Below the pieces are notes generated by a model. The model saw only the letters and a list, made by a program, of their open reading frames with translations. It ran no database searches and was not told the origin of the DNA. Below are positions 1 to 10,211 of a DNA stretch of 64,000 bases, piece by piece. Position numbers and translations under genes: made by a program. The stretch comes from a virus (Duplodnaviria > Caudoviricetes): positions 125,633-189,632 of the IMG/VR virus record IMGVR_UViG_3300029288_001872. The stretch is one strand, 5' to 3'. Position 1 is the stretch's first letter; every line of letters starts with the position of its first letter.

Positions 1-12
1 ATTTGGAAAGGG

Positions 13-309
13 TTGAAAGCCTTGTCTCAGTCTACTAAAACTTTGGTTTTGACAGGGACGCAGACTAGAAGAAGCACTTTGGAAAAAGGTGAGGTTGGAC
101 AAGCTGACATGGCAGAGGACATAAGGAAATTGGCTCATGTGGATGCCATGTGGGGTTTGAGCCAGACGCCTGATGAGAAGAGGTGGGGTCTAGCCAGGAT
201 AGGAATGCTGAAACAGAGGCATGACGAATTTGATGTAGTTTCACAGTGTTACATATTGCAACAGTTGAAATGTGGTCAGTTTTGCTTGGATTCTAGACTC
301 AAAAAATAA
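13..309 (+). CDS. C-terminal part of DnaB-like replicative helicase (gene starts before the window)
   Basis: 'LVLTGTQTRR...DMAEDIRKLAHVDAMWGL...LKQRH' resembles SF4 helicase motifs H3/H4. Confidence 0.7.
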   Translation: MKALSQSTKTLVLTGTQTRRSTLEKGEVGQADMAEDIRKLAHVDAMWGLSQTPDEKRWGLARIGMLKQRHDEFDVVSQCYILQQLKCGQFCLDSRLKK

Positions 310-333
310 TTTCAAGAAATTTGAAAATAATTC

Positions 334-361
334 TTGACAAAGGGTTTTGAGGGTCTATAAT
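334..361 (+). promoter_or_regulatory. sigma70-type promoter
   Basis: TTGACA-16nt-TATAAT, member of a recurring promoter family in the window. Confidence 0.65.
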
Positions 362-943
362 ATAGGAAAACTAAGAAGGGGGAGGAAATTTTTGGATACA
401 ACTCATGAAGAAGAATTAAAAATTCTAGGCAAAGAATTGATGGGTTGGACCCTTTTTGGAATTTCTCCTATAACTGGCGTGTTTGGCGCAAGATGGTTAT
501 TTTACCCCTTTGAAGATTATGGCACTAAATTTGAATTTTTTGATGATAAAAATTGTATTGATTTTATAAAATGGAACCCGTTTGAAAACACTATTCAAAC
601 CTTTGGAATAATAGACAAATTAATTGACAATGGGTGGAAAGTTTTTAGCCTTGAATATGACAATTTATATAATGATGGTAAATGGAAGGCTTTATTTTAT
701 AAACTAGGAAACGCAGTAGGTTATGGAGAAACTAGAGAAGAAGCAATTTGTTTTGCTGCTCTTGAAACTTTGGAAACAATTGAAGAAGAATCTTATGTTT
801 TTCAAGGTTATAGATTTTGGAAATGTTGTCACCAAAATATTGCCTTTGGTCATTTTTCTAATTGTCCGATAGTATTGAAAAAGAAATTAGAATTGGAATT
901 AAAAAAGAAATCTAATGTTATAGATAAAGAGGGAAATCAATGA
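347..943 (+). CDS. hypothetical phage protein (true start probably TTG near 392 after GGAGG)
   Basis: ORF track; 'WNPFEN...IIDKL...GETREEAICFAALE' resembles phage ABA-sandwich-like proteins. Confidence 0.5.
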   Translation: MRVYNIGKLRRGRKFLDTTHEEELKILGKELMGWTLFGISPITGVFGARWLFYPFEDYGTKFEFFDDKNCIDFIKWNPFENTIQTFGIIDKLIDNGWKVFSLEYDNLYNDGKWKALFYKLGNAVGYGETREEAICFAALETLETIEEESYVFQGYRFWKCCHQNIAFGHFSNCPIVLKKKLELELKKKSNVIDKEGNQ

Positions 944-1929
944 GAATCTTAAGACATCTTAAAGTCCCAACTGGTGACATTTTGGTTGCCCAAGGTGAAA
1001 AAGACCAATTAGAAATGCTTTCTTTGGGTGATTATGGCAAAGAAGTAAACCTAAAAGCTGATTTCATGGGACTTTCTAGACCTCTTGACCAAGTTTCTCA
1101 TTGCAATCTTCTTCCTTTGACTGAAAAATGGGTAATTACAATATCTACTCAATACGGTTGCTCAATGAATTGTACTTTTTGTGATGTTCCAAAAGTTGGT
1201 CCTGGCAGAAACGCCACATTTAAAGACCTCATACATCAAGTTCTAACTGGTATTAAATTGCATCCAGAAATTACCCATACAAACCGGCTTAATGTCCACT
1301 TTGCTCGTATGGGCGAACCTACTTGGAACCCAAACGTATTAGATGCAACAAAATGGATGAAAGAACATTTGGATGCAGAATATAAAGTTCATCCTGTAGT
1401 TTCTACAATGATGCCAAAGAATAATATTTGGTTAAAAACTTTTATTCACACTTGGATGAGAATCAAAAATCGCTTATATCTTGGCAATGCTGGTTTGCAA
1501 CTCAGTATCAATTCAACTAATGAAAAAGAACGAAATGAAATGTTTTCTGGTAACGCATTGTCTCTTAAAGACATTTCAAAAATTATGGAAGGTATTATTC
1601 CGGCAGGTCGCAAAATCACTCTTAATTTTGCGATTGCTGACTATGAAATAAATCCAGAAATCCTTTTGGAATATTTTGACCCCGACTACTTTATCATCAA
1701 ACTAACTCCGATGCATAAAACAGAGAAAGCACTTCAATTTAACATTAAAACTAATGGTGATTATACGACTTATCATCCATATCAAGAAATTGAAGAAAAA
1801 TTAAAAGTTGTTGGATATGACGTTCTTGTTTTTATCGCTTCTGAATATGAAGATATGGGTAGAATAACTTGTGGTAATGCTATTTTATCTGGGACTCTTC
1901 CAGAATGTCCTTATGAGGAATTAATATGA
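940..1929 (+). CDS. radical SAM protein, RlmN/Cfr-like
   Basis: ISTQYGCSMNCTFC (CX3CX2C), MGEP motif, C-terminal CG. Confidence 0.85.
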   Translation: MRILRHLKVPTGDILVAQGEKDQLEMLSLGDYGKEVNLKADFMGLSRPLDQVSHCNLLPLTEKWVITISTQYGCSMNCTFCDVPKVGPGRNATFKDLIHQVLTGIKLHPEITHTNRLNVHFARMGEPTWNPNVLDATKWMKEHLDAEYKVHPVVSTMMPKNNIWLKTFIHTWMRIKNRLYLGNAGLQLSINSTNEKERNEMFSGNALSLKDISKIMEGIIPAGRKITLNFAIADYEINPEILLEYFDPDYFIIKLTPMHKTEKALQFNIKTNGDYTTYHPYQEIEEKLKVVGYDVLVFIASEYEDMGRITCGNAILSGTLPECPYEELI

Positions 1930-2234
1930 ATTCATGGATAGATGATTTAATTGTGTTTTTAATGGGAGTTTTCGCTTTGCTTTTATGTGTTGCTATCTTT
2001 GCTTTACCAATAGAATATTATTCGGCCAAAAGTAAAATAGCTGAATACAAATCAGTCCAAACTACTTTGGAAAACGCTCGTGAAAATAAAAATGCTAATC
2101 CTTATGAAATCGCCGCTATCCAACAAAAAGTAGTGGATAGCAATAAATGGTTGGCTAATAAACAATATTGGAATGATACTATTTTAGGTTGGTATATTCC
2201 TGACGAAGTTGATGATTTGAAGCCGATAAGGTAA
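1926..2234 (+). CDS. hypothetical membrane-anchored protein
   Basis: N-terminal hydrophobic segment; start overlaps upstream stop. Confidence 0.55.
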   Translation: MNSWIDDLIVFLMGVFALLLCVAIFALPIEYYSAKSKIAEYKSVQTTLENARENKNANPYEIAAIQQKVVDSNKWLANKQYWNDTILGWYIPDEVDDLKPIR

Positions 2235-2468
2235 ATTATGAACATTCTATGTAAAAGTTGTGGTGATCCCATCAACCATCTTTCCCTTTTGTTGAAAGGA
2301 GAAGAAGTTTTTGGCAATGGTTCTGCAACCAATGAAGGAGATTGCCTATCTTGCTACTTCATCAAGAACCCGATAGGAAGCGAACCCGAGTAGTGCAAGG
2401 ATTTGGAAAGATGGGGTTGTCTTGATTTTATGAACTGAAAATTATTTTCAATTTTCTCAACTTTTCTC

Positions 2469-2497
2469 TTGCGCTATGGGTTTTGAAATTCTATAAT
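2469..2497 (+). promoter_or_regulatory. sigma70-type promoter
   Basis: TTGCGC-17nt-TATAAT upstream of ORF 2554. Confidence 0.6.
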
Positions 2498-2553
2498 ATA
2501 GGTAATGAAAGATTGTGGTAGAAGAATAGAATTTAAACTGTAGAGGAGGGATT

Positions 2554-4584
2554 ATGGACTTTAGGATGGTCAAGATAGCCATAGCAAAACAGTTTGAGAA
2601 ACTTCAAGGTTACAATCTGTTTCGGTCAAGGGTTGGTAAGGAAGAAATGTGGCAGACATATCTTTCCAGTTTTCCAAATGGGTCAAATCCCATCTTTCGT
2701 GAGCGAACAGAACATGATTGCAGTTGTTGTCGGCAATTCATTGGCGCGGTTGGGAACATTGTGGCTGTGGTTGATGGAAAATTGGAAAGTATTTGGGATT
2801 GCAATGTACTTGGCGAACCAGATTATCAAACTGTAACTGATGCTATGGCCACCTTGGTCAAATCAAAGCCGATTGAATGTGAATTTTTTAATCCAGAAAG
2901 AATTGCTGGGACGGACAAAAACTTTGAGCAGTTGACCGAAGGAGTTAAGACTTGGGAACATTTTTTTATCAATATCCCCAATAAATTTGTTAAACCAAAA
3001 GTCGCTATTGGTCCTTTACTCTCAGAATCATGTTCGAACCATGATGTTTTCTTGCGAAGCCTTAATGAGATTACCACAGAATCTATTAACATAGTGCTTG
3101 AACTCATAGGCCAAAATTCCCTCTATCGCGGAGAAGAAAACAAGTTTGCAGTGGATTCATTCCGAGTCCTAAAAAAGAACTTTGATAAGATTGAACTTGA
3201 TTCCGATAAGGATATTTTTGTTTGGGATAATCTTAAAGAAACTCCCTTGTCTGTAACCAAAATCCGCAATACTGCTATTGGCACATTGCTCACTGATCTT
3301 TCAGAAGGAGTTGATATTGAAGTTGCAGTGAGATCATTTGAAGCTAAGGTAGCCCCGGCCAATTATAGGCGTCCTACAGCCCTAATAACTAAAGGGATGA
3401 TCGAACAAGCGAAGATGAAATTAGAGGAATTGGGGCTTACCTCAGCTTTGGAACGCCGCTTTGCCTCCCTTGAAGACATTTCTGTAAACGACATTCTATT
3501 TATTGATCGTCAGATAGAAACACAAGTGAATACTGACATCTTTGATGAATTATCTGCGGGGGTTCAACCCAAGAACAGGAAAAATTTTGATAAGGTTGAA
3601 GAAGTTCCGGTAGAAAAATTTATTAAGGATGTTCTCCCTCAAGCTAAATCAATGGAAATCCTATTTGAAAATCACCAAGCAGGAAGTCTTGTAAGTTTGG
3701 TGGCTCCAGTTGACCCAACTTCAAGAGAACTTTTCAAATGGGGCAATAAATTTAGTTGGACGTATAATGGAGAAGTTGCCGATTCTGTCAAAGAACGGGT
3801 GAAAAAAGCTGGTGGAGTTGTAGAAGGAGACCTATGTTGTCGCCTTTCTTGGTTTAACTTTGACGATCTTGACCTTCACATGAAAGAGCCAAGCGGGTAT
3901 GAAATATTTTATGGAAATCGCAATAAGACTTCCTCTTCTGGTGGTCGTTTGGACGTAGACATGAACGCTGGTCGTGGTCAAACCAGAGAGCCGGTTGAGA
4001 ACATCTTTTATCAAACTAAAAATCGGATGAAAGAAGGGGTTTACACTCTCAAAGTCCATAATTATCATAAACGAGAAGTTGATAATGTCGGTTTTGAAGT
4101 AGAAGTAGACATTGAAGGAATAATCAACCGTTTCTCCTATATTCAACCTGTTGCTAATCAAGCCGTAATTTTTGTTGCTGAAATTAAATACACTAAAAAA
4201 GACGGCTTTGAAATTGTCAAATCATTGCCGAAACAAACCCAAGTTGGAAGGGAAATATGGGGAATTAAGACTAATAGTTTTAATCAAGTCCGTGCTATGA
4301 TGTTATCGCCCAATCATTGGAACGGCCATTCCATAGGGAATAAACACTACTTCTTCATATTGGATGGTTGTGTTAATGATGGCCCTGCTAGGGGTTTTTA
4401 TAATGAATTTTTGAAAGAAGAACTGAATGCTCATAGAAAGGTCTTCGAGATTATAGGCTCCAAGACCAGACTTGCCAATAGTGGTGAACAACTGAGTGGG
4501 CTTGGTTTTTCATCAACCAGAAGAGATAGTTTGGTATGTAAGATCAAGGGAAATTTTACTCGCACTATAAAAATCATTTTCTAA
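2554..4584 (+). CDS. conserved large-phage protein with YfaP/DUF2135-like domain
   Basis: 676 aa; HDCSCC motif; 'LSWFNFDDLDLH...GGRLDVDMNAG...PVENIF'. Confidence 0.65.
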   Translation: MDFRMVKIAIAKQFEKLQGYNLFRSRVGKEEMWQTYLSSFPNGSNPIFRERTEHDCSCCRQFIGAVGNIVAVVDGKLESIWDCNVLGEPDYQTVTDAMATLVKSKPIECEFFNPERIAGTDKNFEQLTEGVKTWEHFFINIPNKFVKPKVAIGPLLSESCSNHDVFLRSLNEITTESINIVLELIGQNSLYRGEENKFAVDSFRVLKKNFDKIELDSDKDIFVWDNLKETPLSVTKIRNTAIGTLLTDLSEGVDIEVAVRSFEAKVAPANYRRPTALITKGMIEQAKMKLEELGLTSALERRFASLEDISVNDILFIDRQIETQVNTDIFDELSAGVQPKNRKNFDKVEEVPVEKFIKDVLPQAKSMEILFENHQAGSLVSLVAPVDPTSRELFKWGNKFSWTYNGEVADSVKERVKKAGGVVEGDLCCRLSWFNFDDLDLHMKEPSGYEIFYGNRNKTSSSGGRLDVDMNAGRGQTREPVENIFYQTKNRMKEGVYTLKVHNYHKREVDNVGFEVEVDIEGIINRFSYIQPVANQAVIFVAEIKYTKKDGFEIVKSLPKQTQVGREIWGIKTNSFNQVRAMMLSPNHWNGHSIGNKHYFFILDGCVNDGPARGFYNEFLKEELNAHRKVFEIIGSKTRLANSGEQLSGLGFSSTRRDSLVCKIKGNFTRTIKIIF

Positions 4585-4602
4585 TCAAAAGGAGGAATTG
4601 CT

Positions 4603-5013
4603 ATGACTGAAATTAACAATTTGTTTGCAGTGGCTTCACGTTTGAAATTTCGTTTTGAAACTCCCAGAGGTTCTTTGACAGTTGAAGACCTTTGGAACTT
4701 GCCTTTAACCAGCAGAACCGGCAAAGTTAATCTTGATGATATTGCTCGCAGCCTCTATCGAGATGTAAAAGATATGGGAGACGAGGTATCTTTTGTTGCT
4801 CCGATTCAAAAAACTGATGAAATCCCTGGACTCAAACTCGAATTGGTTAAGTATATCATTTCAGTTCTTGTTTCTGAGCGCGATACAGCAGCACAAGAGG
4901 CGGTCAGAAGAGAAAAGAAACAGCGGCTCTTGGAACTCATCGTCAGGAAGGAAGATGAAACATTGGCTGGCAAGTCTTTGGATGAACTGAGAGCCATGGT
5001 AGAACAACTGTAA
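4603..5013 (+). CDS. conserved hypothetical phage protein
   Basis: GGAGG RBS; 'ASRLKFRFETPRGSLTVEDLWNLPL'. Confidence 0.65.
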   Translation: MTEINNLFAVASRLKFRFETPRGSLTVEDLWNLPLTSRTGKVNLDDIARSLYRDVKDMGDEVSFVAPIQKTDEIPGLKLELVKYIISVLVSERDTAAQEAVRREKKQRLLELIVRKEDETLAGKSLDELRAMVEQL

Positions 5014-5019
5014 CCGTGT

Positions 5020-5096
5020 CGGCCCTTGGCGCAGTCTGGTAGCGCACTTGCCTTGGGCGCAAGGGGTCCTTGGTTCAAATCCAAGAGGGCCGACCA
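5020..5096 (+). tRNA. tRNA-Pro(TGG)
   Basis: Cloverleaf: CGGCCCT/AGGGCCG acceptor, CTTGC-CTTGGGC-GCAAG anticodon arm, TTCAAAT T-loop, encoded CCA. Confidence 0.95.
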
Positions 5097-5099
5097 TGT

Positions 5100-5455
5100 T
5101 TTGGGTATGGGAAGATTAAACCATCTTGCGAGCAGGTGGGTGGGGTGCAGCCTGAGAAAGAAATAAGGAGTCGCTGACCGTCTTTGAAGTTCTTTCTGAA
5201 TAGTGCCTCTTATATGTTCGGTGCCACTTGTTGGCTTGATATGGGGTAATGCCCAGCCGGACATGACCACAGAAGGGACGCCTTCTGTTTGTAGCCCCAG
5301 GTCTCACCTACCTGTCTGAATAAGAGAATAGGTGGCTCTGGTGTGAGCGTACTGCCTCTGGACAAAATCAGAGGTAGCTTGGCAGAGGCAAGTGTCAGCA
5401 CTAGTCGCAAAGCGTCTGGCAGAGTCGTTAAACGTCTCGAAGCGGCTTGTTTCTG
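5100..5455 (+). ncRNA. candidate structured ncRNA of unknown family
   Basis: GC-enriched tract after tRNA-Pro with no convincing ORF; long-range helix 5133-5144/5303-5314 and hairpins 5269-5288 and 5352-5377. Confidence 0.5.
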
Positions 5456-5624
5456 TTAAGTTTACATTTTTTAGAGAGGAAGTGAGTATGAAAATAATTG
5501 ATGTTTCTGATAACTTACAAAAATTGAATTTACACAATACTTTTTTGTCCATAAAACTTTTGAAACTACTTGCTATAAAGAATAATTACATTTTTATTAC
5601 AGGGAATCAAAAGAAGAAAAACAA

Positions 5625-6134
5625 ATGAATCTTATTTCTAGACAAGACCTTAAAAAAGCAATTAAAGAAGTAAATGAAAAATTCAAGATAAAACAAAGTC
5701 TTGCTGTTTCAACAGAAGATTTATCTAGTTTCTTGCGCTCTGTTTATATCAAACAAAAAGAAGCGATGCCTAAATTTGCAAGACAAGTGGCAGAATTGAT
5801 ACCGGAAGAAGAAACTTGTCCTGAATTTGGTTATGGATACAATCCTAAAGAATGCCAAGGATGCGATGAAGGACAAGAATGTAGGAGATTATCAGACCTG
5901 GCAGCAAAAGGTGATTATGATCCAGTTAAAAGATTTGTGGATAAATATGGAAACGTCCAACCTGTGAATGTCATGTTTGATATTATTTGCAGAGAACCAG
6001 ATATAGACAAGAATGAATTTGAAAAGAGAGTGAAAGCAACTGGAATAGACTATAGTTATCATGGTTTTGATTTGGCATGGAGAATGACGCAAAAGGTTGT
6101 CGCTGGGTTGAGAAGGCACAAATGGATGAAATAA
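5625..6134 (+). CDS. hypothetical protein
   Basis: ORF track; Cys cluster CPEFG..ECQGCD..C. Confidence 0.55.
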   Translation: MNLISRQDLKKAIKEVNEKFKIKQSLAVSTEDLSSFLRSVYIKQKEAMPKFARQVAELIPEEETCPEFGYGYNPKECQGCDEGQECRRLSDLAAKGDYDPVKRFVDKYGNVQPVNVMFDIICREPDIDKNEFEKRVKATGIDYSYHGFDLAWRMTQKVVAGLRRHKWMK

Positions 6135-6511
6135 TGGAAGAATTAATAATTACACAAAAATATCTTCAAGATAATCCAAATTTTATCTTCGTCTTCGGGG
6201 ATAACCATTTGAGGGAAGGAAAGGCTGGCGCAGCAAAATTAAGAGACCTTCCTAATTCCTATGGATTTATCACAAAGAAGTTCCCAAACAATGACATCAA
6301 AAGTTTTTACAAACCAGAAGAATATAAACTCGTCTTTGAAAAAGAATTAGACAAATTGATATTTCAGATTGTAATGCACCAAGATAAGACCTTTCTAATT
6401 AGCAAATTAGGCAGCGGCCTTGCAAACCGCTTTCATATTTGGGAAAAGGTTATCGAGCCAGAATTAAAAACACTGACTAGATATAAGAATGTAAAACTTT
6501 TATGGATGTAA
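6077..6511 (+). CDS. conserved phage protein (FVFGDN family; start probably near 6122-6134)
   Basis: 'IFVFGDNHLREGKAGAAKLR...LGSGLA'. Confidence 0.6.
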   Translation: MENDAKGCRWVEKAQMDEIMEELIITQKYLQDNPNFIFVFGDNHLREGKAGAAKLRDLPNSYGFITKKFPNNDIKSFYKPEEYKLVFEKELDKLIFQIVMHQDKTFLISKLGSGLANRFHIWEKVIEPELKTLTRYKNVKLLWM

Positions 6512-6514
6512 TAA

Positions 6515-6886
6515 ATGAGAAACAATAGTTTAAAAGATGAAAGTTTAAAAGATAAAATAACAAAAGACTTTCCAGAAATTTATTCAGACTGTTTCGATTT
6601 TTCTATTGGAGAAGGATGGTACAAAATTGTTTATAATTTAACAGAATCAATAAGTAAGATTGACAAAAATGTAAAAGTTTTACAAGTGAAGGAAAAACTA
6701 GCCCTATTGAGATTCTACATCTCAATTCCAAACGAAGAAACAGTTGATGAAATTTATGTGTTAATTAGGAAAGCGATGGAAGAATCAAGTAAAACTTGTG
6801 AATTTTGTGGCACCAAAAAGAATGTTACTAAGGAAGGTGAATTTTGGGTAAAAACCTTGTGTAATAAATGTAGAGAAAATTTATGA
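6515..6886 (+). CDS. conserved hypothetical phage protein
   Basis: 'GEGWY...QVKEKLALLRFY...CEFCG...TLCNKC'. Confidence 0.6.
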   Translation: MRNNSLKDESLKDKITKDFPEIYSDCFDFSIGEGWYKIVYNLTESISKIDKNVKVLQVKEKLALLRFYISIPNEETVDEIYVLIRKAMEESSKTCEFCGTKKNVTKEGEFWVKTLCNKCRENL

Positions 6887-7459
6887 AAACTATCTACATT
6901 GTTTTTGGTAGTGAAGGAAGTTATGATGACTATCATGAATGGGATATTAAAGCATTTATTTCTAAAGACAAAGCAGAACAATTTGTTGAATTGTTGAAAG
7001 AAGAAGCAAAAAGAGTAATTGAATATAATAATACTATTGGGAAAAAATATCCTTTTCCAAATAATGATGGAACACTAAAAGACAGGAAAGAAAAGTTATC
7101 AGAATATCAAAGGATAAATGAATTAAGAAGAAGCGAAATAACCGAAAACAAGTATGATTCAATGACATTTGAAGATAATCCTGAATATAACATAAAAGAA
7201 CTTGAATTGGATGAAACACTACCTGTAGAAATAGTAGAATAAAATAAACACTGGAGAATTGAAAGAAAATGACTTTAGACTGTGAATTTAACCCAGAAAA
7301 GAATCGCCCTTTGACCTTAAAGGAATATAGGGATGGTTTGTCTCATGCCAAGGCCGTGTATATGCTAGGTGGAGAAGAACAACTTGCAGTGTGTGAACAC
7401 TGTGCTGAGATTCCTTTGTTGGTGAAGAAGTATAAGATAAAGAAGATGATAGAGGGATA

Positions 7460-8773
7460 ATGGAAGTTTCTTACATTATAGAAAGACTTTGTGGTTGTGG
7501 CTACCAAGTCTATATTGCAGGAGGAAGTGTAAGAGACGCCTTGGCTGGTCTACCATCCAAAGATGAAGATATAGTTACTAATGCCACACCAGAAGAAATT
7601 GAAAAGATGTTTTCTGGCCACGATATAAAATTTGTTGGCAAACAATTTCTTGTAACTCTTGTGGACGGCATAGAAGTAGCCACATATCGCAAGGATGATT
7701 ATGGCGGTTTATCTGATAAGAATTGTGAAGTATCCTTTGTTGAAACTTTGGAAGAAGATTTAGGTAGGCGTGATTTCACTATCAATTCCCTTGCGAGGTG
7801 TGAATTTACAGGAAAAATTCTTGACCCTTATAACGGCCAAGAAGATTTGAAGAAAAGAATAATTCGTTTTGTGAATAATCCAAAAGACAGAATTTATGAA
7901 GACCCAAATAGAATAATCAGAGCTTGCAGATTTCTTGCTAAGATTGATGGTAGTTTTGAATGCAAAACTTTTGAAGCATTATGTGAACATTCTCATTATG
8001 TTCGAGATCATGTTGCTAAGGAAAGAATTAGACTTGAAATATTAAAGGCATTGGAATTACCAAAACCATCTTTGTTTTTCCAAGCATTGTTTGAAATTAA
8101 TGCTTTGCAATATATTTTTCCAAGTATGATTCCATGTGCTGACCACCATCACGGCAAACATCATAGAGAAGATATTTTTACTCATTTAATGATTGTTGGT
8201 GATTCTATTTCTTCTAAATATCCTTTATTAAGACTATCAGGATATTTACATGATGTTGGCAAACCAGAATCATATTCAGATGATGGTAAATTTATAAATC
8301 ATGAAAACGTTGGTGCTAATATAGTTGTAAAAGAACTACAAGACTTGAGATTTTCTATGGATGAGGTTTCTAAAGTATCAAATTTGATAAAATGCCATAT
8401 GTATTCAATTAAAGATATTTCACCAAAATCAATTAGAAAGTTATTGGTTTTTCTCAATGAATTAGGTTTAGATTATTCAGAGTTTTTGAGGTTGAGAATT
8501 GCAGATAGAATTGGTAATTTAGCTAAACCAAATTTTACTTTAAAAGAAATCAAAGAAGTTCTGTTTAAGTTTAAAAATGTTATAGATGAAAAGACTCCGT
8601 TTAATGTTAAAAATCTAATGATAAATGGCGATGATGTCATGAATCTTCTTAATCTTGTTCCTGGAAAAAAAGTAGGAGAAATCTTAAAAATGTTGTTTGA
8701 ATATGTTCTTGAAAATGGACCTGAGTATAATACTAGAGAAAATCTACTTGAGCAATTAAGAGAGATGGAATAA
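7460..8773 (+). CDS. cca: CCA-adding tRNA nucleotidyltransferase with HD domain
   Basis: GGSVRD..DED, DLGRRDFTINS, EDPNRIIRACRF, LHDVGK. Confidence 0.9.
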   Translation: MEVSYIIERLCGCGYQVYIAGGSVRDALAGLPSKDEDIVTNATPEEIEKMFSGHDIKFVGKQFLVTLVDGIEVATYRKDDYGGLSDKNCEVSFVETLEEDLGRRDFTINSLARCEFTGKILDPYNGQEDLKKRIIRFVNNPKDRIYEDPNRIIRACRFLAKIDGSFECKTFEALCEHSHYVRDHVAKERIRLEILKALELPKPSLFFQALFEINALQYIFPSMIPCADHHHGKHHREDIFTHLMIVGDSISSKYPLLRLSGYLHDVGKPESYSDDGKFINHENVGANIVVKELQDLRFSMDEVSKVSNLIKCHMYSIKDISPKSIRKLLVFLNELGLDYSEFLRLRIADRIGNLAKPNFTLKEIKEVLFKFKNVIDEKTPFNVKNLMINGDDVMNLLNLVPGKKVGEILKMLFEYVLENGPEYNTRENLLEQLREME

Positions 8774-9654
8774 TGGCAAGCATTGTAACAAACCTCGCTA
8801 AAAGAGGATTAATCAAACCTCCTTCGTATGCAATTGACACCCAGTATGAAATTATTACTGGTAGTGTTTCATATGGTGTGTCTTCTGGTTCTTCTGACCT
8901 TGATGTTGTTGGATTTTGCATTCCTTCCAAAGAAATTGTATTCCCCCATCTTGCAGGAATAATTCAAGGTTTTGGTTCTCACGGAGAAAAGTTCAATCAG
9001 TTTCAACAACATCACATAGAAGACAAAGAAGGAAGAAAAGAGTATGATTTAACAATTTATAACATTGTAAAATTTTTTCAATTGTGTATGGAAAATAATC
9101 CAAATATGGTGGATTCGCTTTTCGTAAGTCAGAGATGTGTTTTACATATTACCAAAATTGGGCAAATGGTGAGGGACAATAGAAAAGAATTTTTACATAA
9201 AGGTTGCTTTTACAAATTTCGCGGATATTCTTACAGCCAATTGCACAAAGCGAGAATCAAACAACCAACAGGGAAAAGAAAAGAAATTGTAGATAAATTA
9301 GGATTTGACCCAAAATTTCTTTATCATTGTGTAAGATTGTTGGATGAAACAGAACAAATACTCATTGAAGGAGATTTAGACCTTGAAAGAAACAAAGAAT
9401 ATTTAAAAGAAATTAGAAGAGGAGAGGTATCATTAGAAAGAGTTGAAGAATATTTTCAAACAAGAGAAAAATATCTTGAAGAAGTTTATCAAAAATCAAC
9501 CTTGCCTCATTCTCCAGATGAACAAAAAATTAAGAACTTGCTCCTTTCTTGCTTTGAAGAATTTTATGGAAATCTTGATGGTTGTATAAAAACGCTTGGA
9601 ACTACAGAACAGATTATCAACGATTTGAAATTAATTGTAAATAAATATAGTTAA
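8773..9654 (+). CDS. Pol-beta superfamily nucleotidyltransferase (RlaP/YcgL-like)
   Basis: GSVSYG..SDLDVVG, NNPN, FDPKFLYHCVRLL. Confidence 0.8.
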   Translation: MASIVTNLAKRGLIKPPSYAIDTQYEIITGSVSYGVSSGSSDLDVVGFCIPSKEIVFPHLAGIIQGFGSHGEKFNQFQQHHIEDKEGRKEYDLTIYNIVKFFQLCMENNPNMVDSLFVSQRCVLHITKIGQMVRDNRKEFLHKGCFYKFRGYSYSQLHKARIKQPTGKRKEIVDKLGFDPKFLYHCVRLLDETEQILIEGDLDLERNKEYLKEIRRGEVSLERVEEYFQTREKYLEEVYQKSTLPHSPDEQKIKNLLLSCFEEFYGNLDGCIKTLGTTEQIINDLKLIVNKYS

Positions 9655-9678
9655 ACATTTCATAATGGATACATCATA

Positions 9679-10083
9679 ATGGCTATAAAATTCTCTTGGG
9701 AGAAAATTGTTGAAGGTCGTTTTAAAATGTCATTAGATGAGGCATGGGAACTTGAATCAGGTAAAAACAAAAATGATGAAAAAATTTGGTATCAAAGAAT
9801 AGGAATTAGACATGATGGTTACATAATTTTAAAAAGTTTAGACCCAGTATTGTTTGAGGCGTGGACACCTAAACAAAAACAAACATTAAGAATTATAGCT
9901 AATAAATATCCAGAAATTGTAATAGATGAATATTATGAAGGTCAAGAAGGAGCTATTGTTTTTCCACCAAAATATCTACATGAAGTTGCCGAAACATTAG
10001 GCGCTAAGAAAAAAAGGAAGTTGACTGAAATTAAAAAAGATGAACTTGCAGAAAGGATTAGGAAGTATAGATTTAAACCTTAA
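9679..10083 (+). CDS. hypothetical protein
   Basis: ORF track. Confidence 0.5.
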   Translation: MAIKFSWEKIVEGRFKMSLDEAWELESGKNKNDEKIWYQRIGIRHDGYIILKSLDPVLFEAWTPKQKQTLRIIANKYPEIVIDEYYEGQEGAIVFPPKYLHEVAETLGAKKKRKLTEIKKDELAERIRKYRFKP

Positions 10084-10211
10084 TTTCACGCCTGAGAGAG
10101 CGTAGAAAAGGCTCAAAAACAAGAGATAATCTGAAATAGGTAGTTTGACAAGTCTTAGTAAAAATTTATCAAAATAGAGGCTATTTAATTCAAGTTAAAA
10201 AAGGAAAATAA

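Noticed and set aside
5100-5455. tmRNA or RNase P RNA
   Set aside because: No tRNA-like GGGG..TTCGA..CCACCA ends and no GAGGAAAGTCC-type P4 motif seen.
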